Source: the human T2T-CHM13v2.0 reference genome, Homo sapiens. From it: a stretch of DNA of 64,000 nt. The DNA is taken from the NCBI RefSeq assembly GCF_009914755.1, contig NC_060927.1; one strand, given 5' to 3'. The notes under the pieces are model-generated. The model ran no database searches. It had not been told where the DNA came from and saw only the letters and a list, made by a program, of their open reading frames with translations. Made by a program: the position numbers and the translations under genes. Of the stretch, positions 16,119 to 29,557 are shown one piece after another. Within the stretch, counting starts at the first letter, position 1; each line of letters opens with the position of its first letter.

Positions 16119-16146
<28 letters not shown>
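16119..16146 (+). repeat. Pure A28 tract not attached to a recognisable SINE or LINE
   Basis: 28 consecutive A. Confidence 0.95.
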
Positions 16147-17438
16147 CAGACAACATAAAATGTATGCATCAATGAGTCAAAGGAAGCTCTTTCCATAAGT
16201 ATAAAACAAAAACCTCAAGGGATACAAGAGCAGTACCATTAATTAGCAACTTGTTTCTTAGTTTTATATAAAATAGACTGATTTGCAGTAGAAAATGCTT
16301 TAGAATTTGATGAAATAAGGTAATTATTTTTATTAGAAGCCAGTGTGGCACATCATGAGACCCTAACAAGAATAAAATCACCCACAGAATTAAAAAAAAA
16401 CTATATTCATGGAAATCTCCATAACAGAAATATTGTCGATTCTGATTTGCATCTGTAAGTGCCCACAAGCCACATTTAGCTATATTCAGACCTGAGCGGG
16501 TATAATCTAAATTTAAGCATCCTCTAGCTCTTGACATTTGGCCACAGCTCCTGTACCGCATTTCATCAACACTAAGTCTGAGTAACGTATACCTGAAAAA
16601 CACCCTTGAGAAATATTGCTGTCTTTAAGCTCCAGCAGGGAGTTCCACTCACCCACTAGTTGGTTCTCAAAAAACGGACCTCCTAAGTGTGGCCATGGAA
16701 CAGGTATATAAACAGCTCACCAGCGCCCTGGGCTCTGTGACTCTGTAGCTATCAGCTGCCTTTGCCTCTGCTGTAGATGGGTCCCCTGTGGCCTATTGGT
16801 AGATGAAGGGGAGAAGGGAGAGGGGAACCCCACTGAAGAAGTCAGTCTAGGCAGAGGCGGGCAGGCCTGTGGGGAGCTGGAATGTAAAAAGAGTAGAATG
16901 CTGTTGTCTCCTCACTTATTGAAAGGCTACTTACCAGTAGTTCTAAGTTTCAACAGGGGGACCAACTTTGCACTCCACCCACCCCACCCATTGTCCTATT
17001 CCGGTGACAAAGAACTGACTAATAAAACCAAATTTACACCACAACAGCAAACTGGTTTCAGCAATGGGGTATAAAATGATTCATAACTCAACTGTAGTCC
17101 ACATCCACCCTGAAGACCATTGCTGAAAAAAGACAGGCTCCAATATTGTTGATGCCATCACTCCACAGGACAGAATCAATAACGACTACAGAAAACCTGC
17201 CCATCCATGATAATTAAGTGACCCTGAAGTAATTACATATGAAAAGGCCAGAACAGCAGCAACTGAAAGTCTGGACCAACTCAAGAACATCACTAACATT
17301 CTTTCAGGAAGGATGGCGTCACTTCTGGAAAAACACTGATGGTTATTTTTCTAGAAAATTGGGGAAATCCTGCTGTCTGCTTGGGCATGTGCTAAGTTGT
17401 AGCTTTGCAAAATTTCATGGTAGCTTGAAGCTCAAGTA

Positions 17439-17480
17439 GAATAGAGTAGCATAAGAATAGAGTAGCATAAGTAGCATAAG
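17439..17480. repeat. Short tandem duplication (16-bp unit x2 plus 9-bp partial)
   Basis: gaatagagtagcataa gaatagagtagcataa gtagcataa. Confidence 0.85.
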
Positions 17481-18801
17481 TAATGTCAACTTTACTATGT
17501 TAATACATACAATATAATTGACTAATATACAATGCTAATTTTTAATACATCACTCAGTAGATTACTAGCACATTGCCCTTAAACATAAAAAAGAATGTCT
17601 ATAGAATTATGGAGCATCACAAAGTAATATAAGTCCTCCACCTTTTAGAGTATTCCTAAGCCCCTGAAGAAAGCTATAAGAGGCTGAGGATTACTCTGGA
17701 CATGGGCCAGGCTTTCAGTTCATGCTGTTTATTCATGTACCTCTAAACATGGAAACATAGTAATTGCTCAATAAACATGTTCTGAAAGAATTAATGAATC
17801 TGCTCTTCTACCCCTTTAATGCCTGGGGCTAGAAGAAAGATGAATGAAGCCCGAGGCTTTGCAGGCAGAAAGGAAAAAAAATAATTAGAGGGTTGGGAAA
17901 TAGCACAATCAGCACAAACAAGTATTTTTTGAAAAGTAATCAAACAATTAGTCTTTAATAAGTCCTATTTGTAGGACTGTTGTTTTTTTCCTCAGAAAAA
18001 GTATGTTTTCATGTGGAAAAAAAAAACTTTTCCTTCTTTGCCTGAAAAATAACTGGAGAGCAAATTTTAAAGCAAATCCTACACTATTCAGTAATTATTT
18101 CCTTTAAACATTACAAGATCTGTTGAATAATGAACCCACACCCAGTTTGACAGAACACTCTGTTATGCCCCATGGCTTGGAGAATTCTGGCTTATCTCAG
18201 TCTTTAAGATGCAGTCTGCGGAACAGGCCCCTGGCAGGCTGAGCTCATACTAAAGGTTAAACTACTCACAAAAGTGCAGCCAGCCGTACCACAGAACAAC
18301 AATGCAAAAATGACTAGGAACAGCAGCCACTGCTGGGATTCCAGAATGTTCACAGGCCTGTTCTGAAGGGAGCTCACAGCTCATGTTGGTGCGGATGTCA
18401 CAAGAGAAGTTGCTCAGAATTGTTTGGAATTGAATAACAGCAGTGAGAAGCAGCCCCTCATTGGCCCGCTATAGAGAGTGAGTGGAGCCTCTACATATGA
18501 AATGGGAGTGCAGCATTGATTGGAAGAGAGGATGTGGGGAAAGGGGTATGGGAGGAAGACAACGTTAAAGGGGGGAAAGAGGGCATCTCCTTCCAGTAAT
18601 GTGTACTCCCAATGGCTCTGCCATAATTGATCACCATTTACAGGTTTCTAAGGTTGTCTGGAAGAAAAGACACACTTTTTCTAAACAGAGGGTCATTTTA
18701 AAGACAGTCCTTTGAGGAAGACATTATTGGAGTTTTTCTCAGTTTTACTCTCATTCTGTGAGAGTTGGGGAGGCAATGCTATTAAAAGCATGCATTTCAC
18801 C

Positions 18802-19611
18802 CACGGCTGACTACATAATTTGCAGGGTCGGATGCAAAATCAAAAGGTAGGACCCTAAAAAGAGTGCCATTGAAGGCACAAAATTCAACTTTTACTTTCT
18901 TCCACCATCTCTGTCTTGACCCATCATAATGTTTATTTGCTATTTAATATTGCACTGTACAGGTGGGTGCAGACCCTCAGCCCACTCTCTTCCCCCTCCA
19001 CTTACTATCTCCCTCCAGCAGCAGTTCCAGGATCAAGATCAAAGTGCTTTACTCTTATCCCCCAACCCACCCCCCAGGGTAGAAAAGTCAATCTCCCTTC
19101 CCTGCAGGTCTGCCATCCCAATTCATAGACCTCCAAGGGATTGCCATTTCTGCACTGGGACATACTGTGTACCTGATGCAGGTGAGAGGGAGACTTGCCC
19201 CAACCAAATGCCCTACTTAATGCACAGTGGCTCTGCCAGACACTGCGAGGACTGCTGCCGCCATGCCCGGCCAGATGTCATTATGGAGGTGTGCACACCC
19301 AAGTCCCTGCTGGAGGTGGAGGGCAGCTGAAGTCGCTGAATAGGGATGGGAAGTAGAAGGCAGCCAAGCAGCAGGGACACCAGGGCAGGAGGACATGACA
19401 GTTGAGAATCAAACTAGGGGAGGGGCTGGGAGGCCAAGCATAAGAACCCAGGCTCCAAGACTCTGCGCCTGCTCTGTTGTCTGATAGGACCTCACTTACA
19501 AAATAAAACGGAAAGATAAGTTAAGAATTCATGACACTGACAGCAGGGCATTAAACCCAGAATGCAAGGTCCTTTAAGTGCACTGGTCATCCGATCTTGA
19601 AGCCAGCCCTG
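18802..19611 (-). mobile_element. MER45C-like hAT-Tip100 element
   Basis: Ends cacggctgactacataatttgcagggtc...tgcaaaat and ttgaagccagccctg are the reverse complement of MER45 termini. Confidence 0.65.
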
Positions 19612-20299
19612 ACCCTTCCACTTCCAGTGCCTGCACACTGACCACAACGCTGGGGTTCCAGGTCATTTCATTTCCTGTGCTCCTGGCATAGAGTTGGGAG
19701 CATCTCCTTCAGCTACTGTCCCAAACTAACCCTGCTTCACTCGAATGCTCTGGCAGATTCTCTCCCTGATACCACAAATGTTTAAAAACTATTTATCTTA
19801 CCCACTTGCCACATCCTTTCCTAGTTTAGCAGACCTGTTAGGCATTAAAATTGTTGGCTTTATTGCATGTAGTTTTTTCCTTGCCCGTGTTTTATATGTG
19901 CACCCCACAGAGAAGTTCAGAGTGTTGTCTGTTAACTGGTTTAAGCCTTGGCAAGGGCTTGATTTTGAAGCAGAGACTGTACACTCGCACACACACATTT
20001 TTCCAGTGAATTCACCACTTTGTTCATGTTATCGCTACAGGAAGTGTGTCTGGATATTTTTATTTATCAGGACTTTGTTCGGATATTTGTCTTTCAAATT
20101 ATAAAGCCAGGTCACATTAGCTCTCAGATAGTATCCAAAGTCAAAGCCGTCAAATCAGCAAAGGTTTTTCTTCCTTTTCAAATGTTCTTGTCAGCTTTTC
20201 CATGTAGGAGTGGGGAGTCAGGAATAATTTACACAAGATGAGTTTTTAACATTGAGTTCAAAAGTACTGGAACACTTATAGGCCACGGAGAAAAGCACG

Positions 20300-20500
20300 T
20301 TGGCATGGTGTTCAGCTATACAGGCTGAGGAGTCAGCCTGCTACTTGTAGATTTCTTAACCTCTTGGGGACTCACTGTCTTCAGTGGGGCAAAGAGAATG
20401 CTAATAGTACCTGCTTCATGGGGTTGCTCTAAGGACTTAATAACCCATTTCCATAAAGCCCTTAGCCCAGCACATTGTAAGTGCTCAAAAATATTAAATC
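20300..20500 (+). mobile_element. MIR
   Basis: ttcttaacctct...taatagtacctgcttcatggggttgct...gtaagtgctcaaaaatatta. Confidence 0.65.
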
Positions 20501-22117
20501 ATCAGCTAACTGGTTGATAAGAAGTGCCACTCCAGCATTTGACCATCTATGTGCCCAGCCTGGAGAATGGAACACAGCAGTGGCAAACCTGTGGCAAACC
20601 CTCCAACCCTTGATTTTGTCTCCCTTTTCTTGATGCAAAGCATCTCCAGTGGCAGAGAAAAGGCTGGGCTATTACCTTGGGATCAGATTGTGAAACATCT
20701 GGGGACCATGCTAAGAATTCTAGGCTTTCTCCTGTATGTAGATTGCATATAGATTTTTCAACTAAACTAGGGTACTGTTGAAAGGGAGCACAATTAATTA
20801 TATCAGAACAGCAGGTGTCAACCATGACTCTATGCCAGATAAAACAGGGTATATAGTTACTTTACTAATAGGGTAGAGTCAACCCTTTACCCCAGTTGAA
20901 TAATTTTTTCTCCTGGATATTTTTACTATAGGCAACTAGGCAGGGAGCCTTCCCTAGCAAACTCTGGGTAGTCAGCTATTACAGCTGTGAATATATTGAC
21001 CCTGATTGTGGAGCCCATCAGGGAAGGTGAGACTCAGCTCTGGTCCTCAGGAGCTTACTATTTTGCTGGTGAGACATGACACAGAAGAAACACACACACG
21101 ACAAAAACAATTGGGGAACAATACAGAAGAGTATAACCTAATGCTGGCTTTCATGGCATAGCACTTGGTATGACCCACATGTGTCAGAGAGCACTGAATT
21201 TCCATGGAATGTAAAATATTTAAAGGAAAATAATATATGGATAATCAGGAAAGTTGATGTGACCATGTTCCTTGGTTTTGAAATGTAAAAAAAAAAAATT
21301 CTAAAGTTTAAATGCTATCTTATATATCTATTCCAGATAACCCTTTAATATCCTTTTACTGGCAGCTGTCTTTCCACTTAAGACCCCTTCTCCATAGCAA
21401 GACTTTTGCAATGAACCTGGGACCATATATCTTTTTGGCCCATGACAAAAAGGGCCATTAGCCATTCGGGGACACTCTTTTGGATATTATCGAGAATGAC
21501 TTTTTAAAAGTTAGATTTTGATCTCAGTGCATTGTGGGTTACATTTGAAAAAACTGTGCTTTATAGTAAAATATTGTGAATTTTTGTATTGTACTTCCAA
21601 GAAAAGATAGACTTGGTGACAGTTTATCATTTGAAGTCAAGCAGACCATGAAAACATTGTAGTTGAATCCAGTAGAAAAAAACAGGACTTTGAAGGGATG
21701 TTTTCTTTACCAAAACATGATGAAATGGTCATCTCTTATCATACAATGGCTTTCTGGTATAAACTTATGGTGAATTGTTTAAGAGATGGTGTACATTTAT
21801 TAAGAAATTGATACCTATTAGGCGAATTTCTTTAAAAATCCCCTTTGAAGCTGAAGTTCTGGTAAATTTTGCGCCTTGGAGGAAAAAAAAATCAAATGAT
21901 TCTGGGATTCCTGTTTTTTTAAAATGATAACTTTGGACTCATCTTGAAGATTTAAAGCCAAATACTTCCCAAGTGGTAAATCTATTTCCAAAGAAATAAC
22001 TAAGAATTAGATGACATTTTGAAAATAATTTTAAAAGAGAAAAATCTATCTTAAATCGTACCCACAGCTGTTTCAGACTTTTTGGGCCTTTCCTTTTCCT
22101 CTTTCCCACCTATTCAT

Positions 22118-22197
22118 CCACCCGTCCACCCATCCACCCATCCACCCATCCACCCGTCCACCTGTCCACCCGTCCACCCATCCACCCGTCCACTCAT
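22118..22197. repeat. Octamer tandem repeat (CCACCCRT)10
   Basis: Ten consecutive 8-bp units counted. Confidence 0.92.
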
Positions 22198-24261
22198 CTA
22201 TTCCTTTATTGTGTTTCTGAAATCAATGAAAACATTGAGGGTAAAAAGAAATCTAAGGTTCCTGGGGTCCTTAGCTGCTGGGAGTTTTCTCCTTGGGTGA
22301 AGTGTAGAGGCAGACAAGACACACAAAAATAAAAACAAATAGCAATTGATTAACCTTAAGAATGATAAAGCAAATGGTAAGCCTCCAGGATATTCATGGA
22401 GAGGGACTGAAATGTCTATCCTGGCCAGAAATGGCCTTGTGTACAGTAGATAAAGTAGGACTTGATGGATGGGCAGCACATAACAAGCAGAGATGGTGGT
22501 GGTGGAGGAAGGGGAGAACAAGTTTTGAGGATGAAATGAGTGCCTTACATACTTAAACCTTAATGAGGAGATAGCCATAATACATCTCCCCACCCACTTT
22601 TTAACCATTTTTTACAGGACATTATAGAAGCAACACCTTTGTCCTGTAGAACAGATAAAGTTCCCTAAGTTCTGAGAGGCAGTAGAACACAGTGGTTCAG
22701 AGCTCAGACTTCCTAGCTTCAAATCCTTTACCTGCCATACAGTAGGTGAGCAGTGTTAGGAAGTTTAAAACTCTTGGAGCTTCAACCTCCTTCTGGGTAA
22801 AAGAGAACTAACAGTACTACCTATCCCTGCATAACTGCCATCTTGCATCCGTATCGAGTCTGATATTCACCCCTGGCAGCTGTCTTGCTCCCTGCCTTTG
22901 AAGCCTCTTGCCGTCTCTCTAAGGACTCTGCCAGGAAGAGAGGGCTCAGCTGGCTTCAATGGCTGGTACTACATCATTTCCTTCTATTGGTTTATCCTGT
23001 TTCTTTTTTTCATAAGTTATTTTTTTCATCTTCTTTATATTCCCTATATAGTTCCTTCAGTTATTTTCAACCCCTATTTCTGTTTTTCTTCAATGAATGC
23101 ATAATCACTTATGATAGTTATATTTCAGTGTAATAAACAGTATCAATCTCTATTATTTTATATTTCATCCCACTTTCATAAAAATAGAGCATTATTAAAC
23201 ACTTTTATGATAGAGAAGAAGAGAACAACTGAAATTCTAAGGGTTGCCATGGTAAAATAGGAAAAATTGTGCATTTCCTCTTGCCGTCTATACCAATATA
23301 AAGATTAAGGGTAAACCTTGTAAATGGTACTAATAATCTGTAGAAATATAAATTGCATTAAAATTTATAAGCATACAATTTATACTGACTCATATCTGAT
23401 CAATCGTAAATCAACTTTGCTTTTAAATTTTTGAAAATGTTTCACTGTGAAATAAAGTGAGAAACTTCAAAGTAAGAAACTGATGGTTGAATTTTAGCCC
23501 AAATGCACTGAGATAGAATTGCCATCATTTAAGTAAATTAAAGCGTCATGCACTTATTTTTATCTGTTTAGTAGGACAGGTCAAAATTCTCGCTATCTTC
23601 TTGCTAAAAATTGCTTTATTTGAATAAGCGATTGAAAAAGTGAGATCTAGAGATGACAGACTTTTCCAGGTATATATTTTTGAGGGAGTCACCATATTTT
23701 TCTTTGGAGGCCACAGCTAAGGAATTCTAAGAGGCACCTGATGACTCTCTTCACCAAAGGCACGAAACAGTCAGCTTTGACACAGGATACCCTTGATAAT
23801 TAAGAGATAATAATGACTTTGGGAGAGAGCTGTGTGTATGCATCAGCTACTGTGCCATCATCTTAGATTTTGCTTATTTTGTTTTTTAATGTTGTTTTGA
23901 GAGTTGACCCTGACGAGAAACATACTTGGGTATGATAGATGGGCATGGCTGCCTTTCAGTGACTAACAGCTCTGCTAAAACAATCTATCCTCTACAATTT
24001 TACCAACACTATCTCCGCACCCACAAATATAAAACAAAAACCACAAAACTGCCACTTAGACCAGGCTTTTTCAACCTAGGCACTAACCTCTTAGAGCTGG
24101 CCAGAACTTTAGTGGAAAGTTAACCCAATAGTTATTAGCAATTGAGACAAAGCTCAGAAGTGTTAGGTAAATTTTCCAAGGCCACTCTGCTTGTTATAAC
24201 AGCAACTGACAAAATTTATAAAACATGCCTACTCTGTGCTAGAGTCTATATTAGCTTCTTT

Positions 24262-24562
24262 TTTTTAAATTTTTTATTTTTTTAAGATGGAGTCTTGCTC
24301 TGACGCCCAGGCTGGAGTGCATTGGCGTGATCTTGGCTCACTGCAACCTCCCCCTCCCAGGTTCAAGCAATTCTCTGCCTCAGCTTCCTGAGTAGCTGGG
24401 ATTACAGGCACCCGCCCCCATGCCCGGCTAATTTTTGCATTTTTAGTAATGACAGGGTTTTACTATCTTGGACAGGCTGGTCTTGAACTCCTGACCTCGT
24501 GATCCACCTGCCTCGGCATCTCAAAGTGCTGGGATTACAGGCATGAGCCACCACACCCAGCC
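24262..24562 (-). mobile_element. AluS (Sg/Sc-like) inserted in a MIR
   Basis: Full dimer. Perfect 15-bp TSD tatattagcttcttt at 24247-24261 and 24563-24577. Confidence 0.93.
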
Positions 24563-26125
24563 TATATTAGCTTCTTTATATGATTCAGCCATAGTCTTTA
24601 CAATGCTTCTGAAAGATTATTCTCTATTTTATAGATGAGAAAAATATAATTCAGATAATTTAAACTACTTACCCACAACTATTCCACAATAAGTCGTGTT
24701 GAATTTGAACCCAGGTCTGTCTGACTCAAAAGTAAACAGGTATTCTTTCCTCACATCATGCTGCCTCTCAAGTGAAGACTGATCTTTCCTAGAACACAGA
24801 TTTTAGCATCCTTGTCCAGGACTTTTTTCAGCTTAGAGCATTTCCAGTGCATTGGCACTGCATCCTTTTCCTCACTAGAGCTGGCATCACTTGAAGGAGT
24901 TATAGGCAAGATAGTGACTGAGAGGCCTGTGCTGAGTGTGAGAAATGCACTCCCTTAGAGAAATGAGTGTGAGGGTTAGCAGCTGTGAGAACACGAGAAT
25001 TAAAACATTTGCACCCCATTGGAGTCCTAACACCTGGTTGGAAGACAAACTCTTCAATCAGAATTTGTCATAGTGAACACATATTTTTAAACTTAAGCCT
25101 TTTCTGCAGTAAGGATACTAAAGCAATTCTTCAACGTGCACCACATAACTGTGGCTGTAGGTCTTCCTCTGCAGGTGACACTGATTAAAGTGTTTTCGGA
25201 TGTCAACAGAACATCATTAAGTATGAGTCTTTAAAGGTCAACGCTGAGAAAGTTCTCAGCTAATGAGACATTAGCAAAATTACTAGCAGCTGACCATAAA
25301 AGAAAGAAGCAGAAACTTAAAATGTTAACCAGGAGTGAGAACATTCATGATGTGAGTAAAAAAAAAAAAGACATAGGAACTTAGAGGATCTATGAAATGT
25401 GAATCATGTTTTATCACGTCATCGCAGGGCTCTGGAGGCAATTAATATTTATTAATAGCCACCGGGGAAAATACTGTTTTTCCTACTGCCCCTCTAGTAC
25501 AATCTTAAATTTTTACAGAAATTTCATATGAATATTAATTTCCAAAATGGCAAAAGGAAGGTTTTATTTACTTTTGCATGGAAAAGCAGTAAGTGACTTG
25601 AAAACATCTCTGTCAATACTTAATAAATAGAAAGATAATAGATAGGTATTAAATGTAAAAATGGTTATAAATGATTATTTAGTGGAAGTCCTGGTCCACA
25701 GGTCACTAAAGGTTAGCTTGAATATTTCTGAATAATCAACAGCTTCTCAATTCAATGGTAAAATGAAAAATGATGGTAAACATATCATTAAACAAATGAC
25801 ATGTGTCAGACAAGGCTGTACTTAATATTTGCTTCGCAACTGAGGGTAATTCACTGTGTTTGGGTATAGTTCCATGCAACTGAAAAACATACCACTACCT
25901 TATTACAAAAGAAAGTAAGAGCAGGAGCTGTAAGTGATGCTTTTTTTCCATAAAGAAATAAAAATTCTTTGCTCTTGTATAGCACTTTGTACTCAAGGGA
26001 CTTTAATTCATCACTTTATAGTTACAAATACACTAAACCACCACAGCATATCTGTGAAAAATACATCCAGTAAACTGATATCAGAAAGGGGATTGAATAG
26101 AGATGCAAATTTTAAACATACAGCT

Positions 26126-26707
26126 TGTGGCAGAGAGGATAATGCCCCCAACAAAGCTTGCTTACATCCTAATCCCCAGAACCTGTGAAGATGTGAGGTT
26201 GCGTGACAAAGGAGAATTGAGGTTGAAGGTGGAATTACAATTGCTAATCAGCTGATTTTAAAATAGGGAAAGTATCCTGGATTATCCAGATGAGCTTACT
26301 ACAATCACAAGGGCCCTTAAAAGTAGAAGAGGAAAGCAAGAAAGGGGGCCAGGGTGATGTGATGCGATGGTGATGGTGATGGTGATGGTGATGGCGATGG
26401 CGATGGCGATGGCGATGGTGATGGTGATGGTGATGTGACGTGACGTGATGTGATAAGGGCTTGACCCACTGTTGTTGACCTTGAGTGGAAGAGAAATGCA
26501 GTAGCCTCTAAAAGCTGGAAAAGACATAAAACCAGATTCTCCCCTCAGAGCCTCCAGAAAGGAATGCAGCCCTGCCCACACCTTGATTTTAGCTCAGTGA
26601 GACCCATGTTGGATTTCTGACCTACAACTGCAAGATAATAAATCTGTAATGTTTGAAGCCACCAAATTTGTAGTAATTTGTTTTAGCAGCTGCAGGAAAT
26701 TAATGTA
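26126..26707 (+). mobile_element. MLT1D-like MaLR solo LTR
   Basis: tgtggcag...cctaatccccagaacctgtgaa...agagcctccagaaaggaatgcagccc...aagataataaatctg...gcaggaaattaat. Confidence 0.85.
26354..26454. repeat. Compound microsatellite (GTGAT)2 GCGAT (GGTGAT)4 (GGCGAT)4 (GGTGAT)3 (GTGAC)2 (GTGAT)2
   Basis: Parsed directly from the sequence. Confidence 0.92.
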
Positions 26708-27487
26708 TGGCTGCTTAATCAATTAGGAGCAATTAATGCAAATAAGTCACGGAAGACTATAAATAACCAATTTAAACAACCAAAAAATAACATTTAACTT
26801 GGAACAAAAGTTCATTTTTGAAGTAATAAAAGCAGAAGCACACAAATCTCTTGGCTTAAAGAAATACGGAAAAGGAAATATGTACGAGGAATGTTTTTTC
26901 ATTTCCACTAGAATACTAGAAGAGAAAAGGAATTAATAAAAAGAACATATTGATCTACAATATGAGGTAAGAGTTTTAAAAATAATTGGAATAGCCTTCT
27001 TGGAGTTGTGGAATCTTTATCCCTAGGTTCTTTGAGATGCACAGTGACCTATTTTATCTGCCCTAAATGACTTCAATAGCTACTTTCCTGATGACAGGAC
27101 TTAGATTAAACAATCTCTCACATCCTCTTCCAGCCTAAATATTCTACACAGAGTGAAGTCTATTCAATTCTGTGGCACAAATATTTAGTGCCTATCTACC
27201 TAATGTAAATTATTTTGATATGAATAACCAAAGAATAAGGCATAGCTTGACTTTAAGAAGTTTTCAGTATTATAGTTAACCAAAGTAAATAATCGAGCAT
27301 ATTTAAGCTAGACTGAAAGAATCATAAGGCATACATAAGTGATATATTGATAAAAACCCATTAAATATATAAAAATCAATGCATTCTTATTGGCCCTAAA
27401 ACCCAACCAACAAACACTGTCACTAGTCATCTTTGGAAATAATCAGAGCATCAACTCATAACAATGAAAATTTACCCTGCCTTTCTT

Positions 27488-27533
27488 ATTGAAAGTAACG
27501 GCAAAAACTGCAATAACTTTTGTACCAACCTAA
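27488..27533. mobile_element. Partial MADE1 (Hsmar1 MITE) with one TIR
   Basis: attgaaagtaacggcaaaaactgcaataacttttgtaccaacctaa followed by TA. Confidence 0.85.
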
Positions 27534-27559
27534 TAAAACCAATATATATGGAAAATTAA

Positions 27560-28480
27560 AAAGCAGATGAGAGAAATTTATTCTTTATCATTGGCTAAAA
27601 TAGGGAGAAAGAATAATAGAATGAGAAAATTGCTGTTTATAACTCCTGAATAAAATAATAGATCTGGGCAATTATTATCAAAAGATGCTAAAACCATTAG
27701 GTGAAAATTTGATGGAGAATTTTATTGTGAGAGACCAGGCTGAGACCACCTAAACACATCAGTCTTAGGATCACTAAATGGGACAGGCAGCCATTATGCA
27801 CCTCTTTTTGTGAGTCATTAGGAAATACATAGTACCACCTGTAAAGTACTACATTCCCCCTTCCCTCAAATTCAAATCTAATACAGCCTCTAGATCTAAT
27901 TACATCTTCGTAGGAAATACAGGGGATAGGAGGAGCCAGCTCAGAAAATACAGAATGGAAGCAACCAGTTCCATATTCTATAATATAGAATACGGACATT
28001 CTCTGTGATAAATGACCCAATTTCTCTAGAAATCAATGACATTTAAAAAGAGAAGGTAGAGAGGATTGTTACAGAATAAAAGATACTTAAGAGGCATAAT
28101 CCAATATATCATATAGACCTGTTTGGATCCTGATTCACACAAACCAACCCTGAAAAGACATTTTTAAGATCACTAGAGAAATTTAAATATGTTCTAGGTA
28201 TAAAATGGTATTATAGAATTATTGTTATGTGATAAAAGCACAGTGTTATTAAAAATATTTTTTATCTGTTAGAGATGCATACTGAAACATTTTTAGATAA
28301 AGAAATGTGATACCTGGTTATGCTTTAAATACCCAGCAATGAATACAGTACGTATGAAAGAATACACAAAACAAGATTAGCAAAACAGTGATATATATTC
28401 AAGCTGCATGCTGAGATATGAAGGTTCATTTTAATACTCTTTCCTTGGTTGTCTGAAATTTCCTGTAATAAAAAACTTTA
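27560..28480 (+). mobile_element. L1MC4/5-like 3' end
   Basis: ttctgtgataaatgacc-like, gtttggatcctgattcacacaaacc and ttagagatgcatactgaaacattt motifs, ending in aataaaaaa. Confidence 0.7.
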
Positions 28481-29261
28481 AAGAATGAACATAATATAAA
28501 TAAATAAAAGTGTCCCTAGTCCATTTAATCAATTTTCATCATTGAAACAGTGAAAGGTTAAAATATTTGTGCAACAAATTCTCTTCAGTTTTCTGAACAT
28601 ATTTTTTATCAGTAATAATTTGACTTCTATTACTTTAAGATTGAACACTTTTCACCTTATATGGAAAAAGAGCTTACAATTGACCCAAATTTCAATTTAT
28701 ATAACAAAAAAACTATCATAATAAAATATTACTCCTAATGCTCAATGAAAAAAGGGGTAATATGTCATCTGTTTCTATTTGTGTGGGGGCAAACACACGG
28801 CTTCTGGTCACTTTTTATACTAAAAATTGAATAGAGTGGAGACTTCTTTATGGTTTTTGTGGTCAAGGTTAGTGTTATTACATTTGTCAGAAATGCTTAC
28901 CTCTCAGTTTTTTGGTAACAAACTAGTAGGTTTGCTTTAAAGTGTTTGTCTTATGTAAAATCTAGTTTAGATGCTTAATTAACAATATTACTCTGTTGCC
29001 AGATTTTGAAGTCCAACAGAGACGTCTGTATGAGAAACAAGAGGCTACAGGACAAAATAGATTCATCTTCAACATTCCCTGCATATTATCAGAGCTGATA
29101 TAAAGTAATTGAATTCATAGGATAACACCTCTGAAACTTATAGGAAAGCTCCTAAGCAATAATCCTAGCAGTGGAACAAAATATAAACCTCTTATTAGAC
29201 TATCCAGAAAGCCTTTAAAAGTATTCACAACAATAGAGGATCCTTTAAATATTTATATATT

Positions 29262-29557
29262 TATTTATTTATTTGACAACTGAGTCTCACTCTGTTGTGC
29301 AGGCTGGAGTGCAGTGATGTTATCACGGCTCACTGCAGCCTCAGCCTCCCCATGCTCAAGAGATCCTCCCACTTTAGCCTCACAAGTAGCTGGGACTACA
29401 AGGCGTGAGCTACCGTGCCTGGTAAATTTTTGTATTTTTTGTAGAGAGGGGATTTCGTCATGTTGCCCAGGCTGTCTAGAACTCCTTGGCTCGAGTGATC
29501 TGCCCACCTCAGCCTCCCAAAGTGCTGTGATTACAGATGTGAGACACTGTGCCAGGC
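29262..29557 (-). mobile_element. AluJ (Jo/Jr-like)
   Basis: Full dimer with AluJ diagnostics (gctcaagagatcctcccac, gctcgagtgatc) and a (TTTA)n tail. Confidence 0.9.

Noticed and set aside
16169-16603. 144-aa minus-strand ORF upstream of the pseudogene, with a possible ttttcag acceptor
   Set aside because: Non-ATG start, no recognisable homology, weak polypyrimidine tract and donor.
18929-19330. 133-aa Cys/Pro-rich ORF
   Set aside because: Lies inside a MER45C-like non-autonomous transposon and has no domain pattern.
26282-26581. ORF with ITITIAIAIA repeats (His-rich in another frame)
   Set aside because: Translation of the microsatellite inside the MLT1D LTR.
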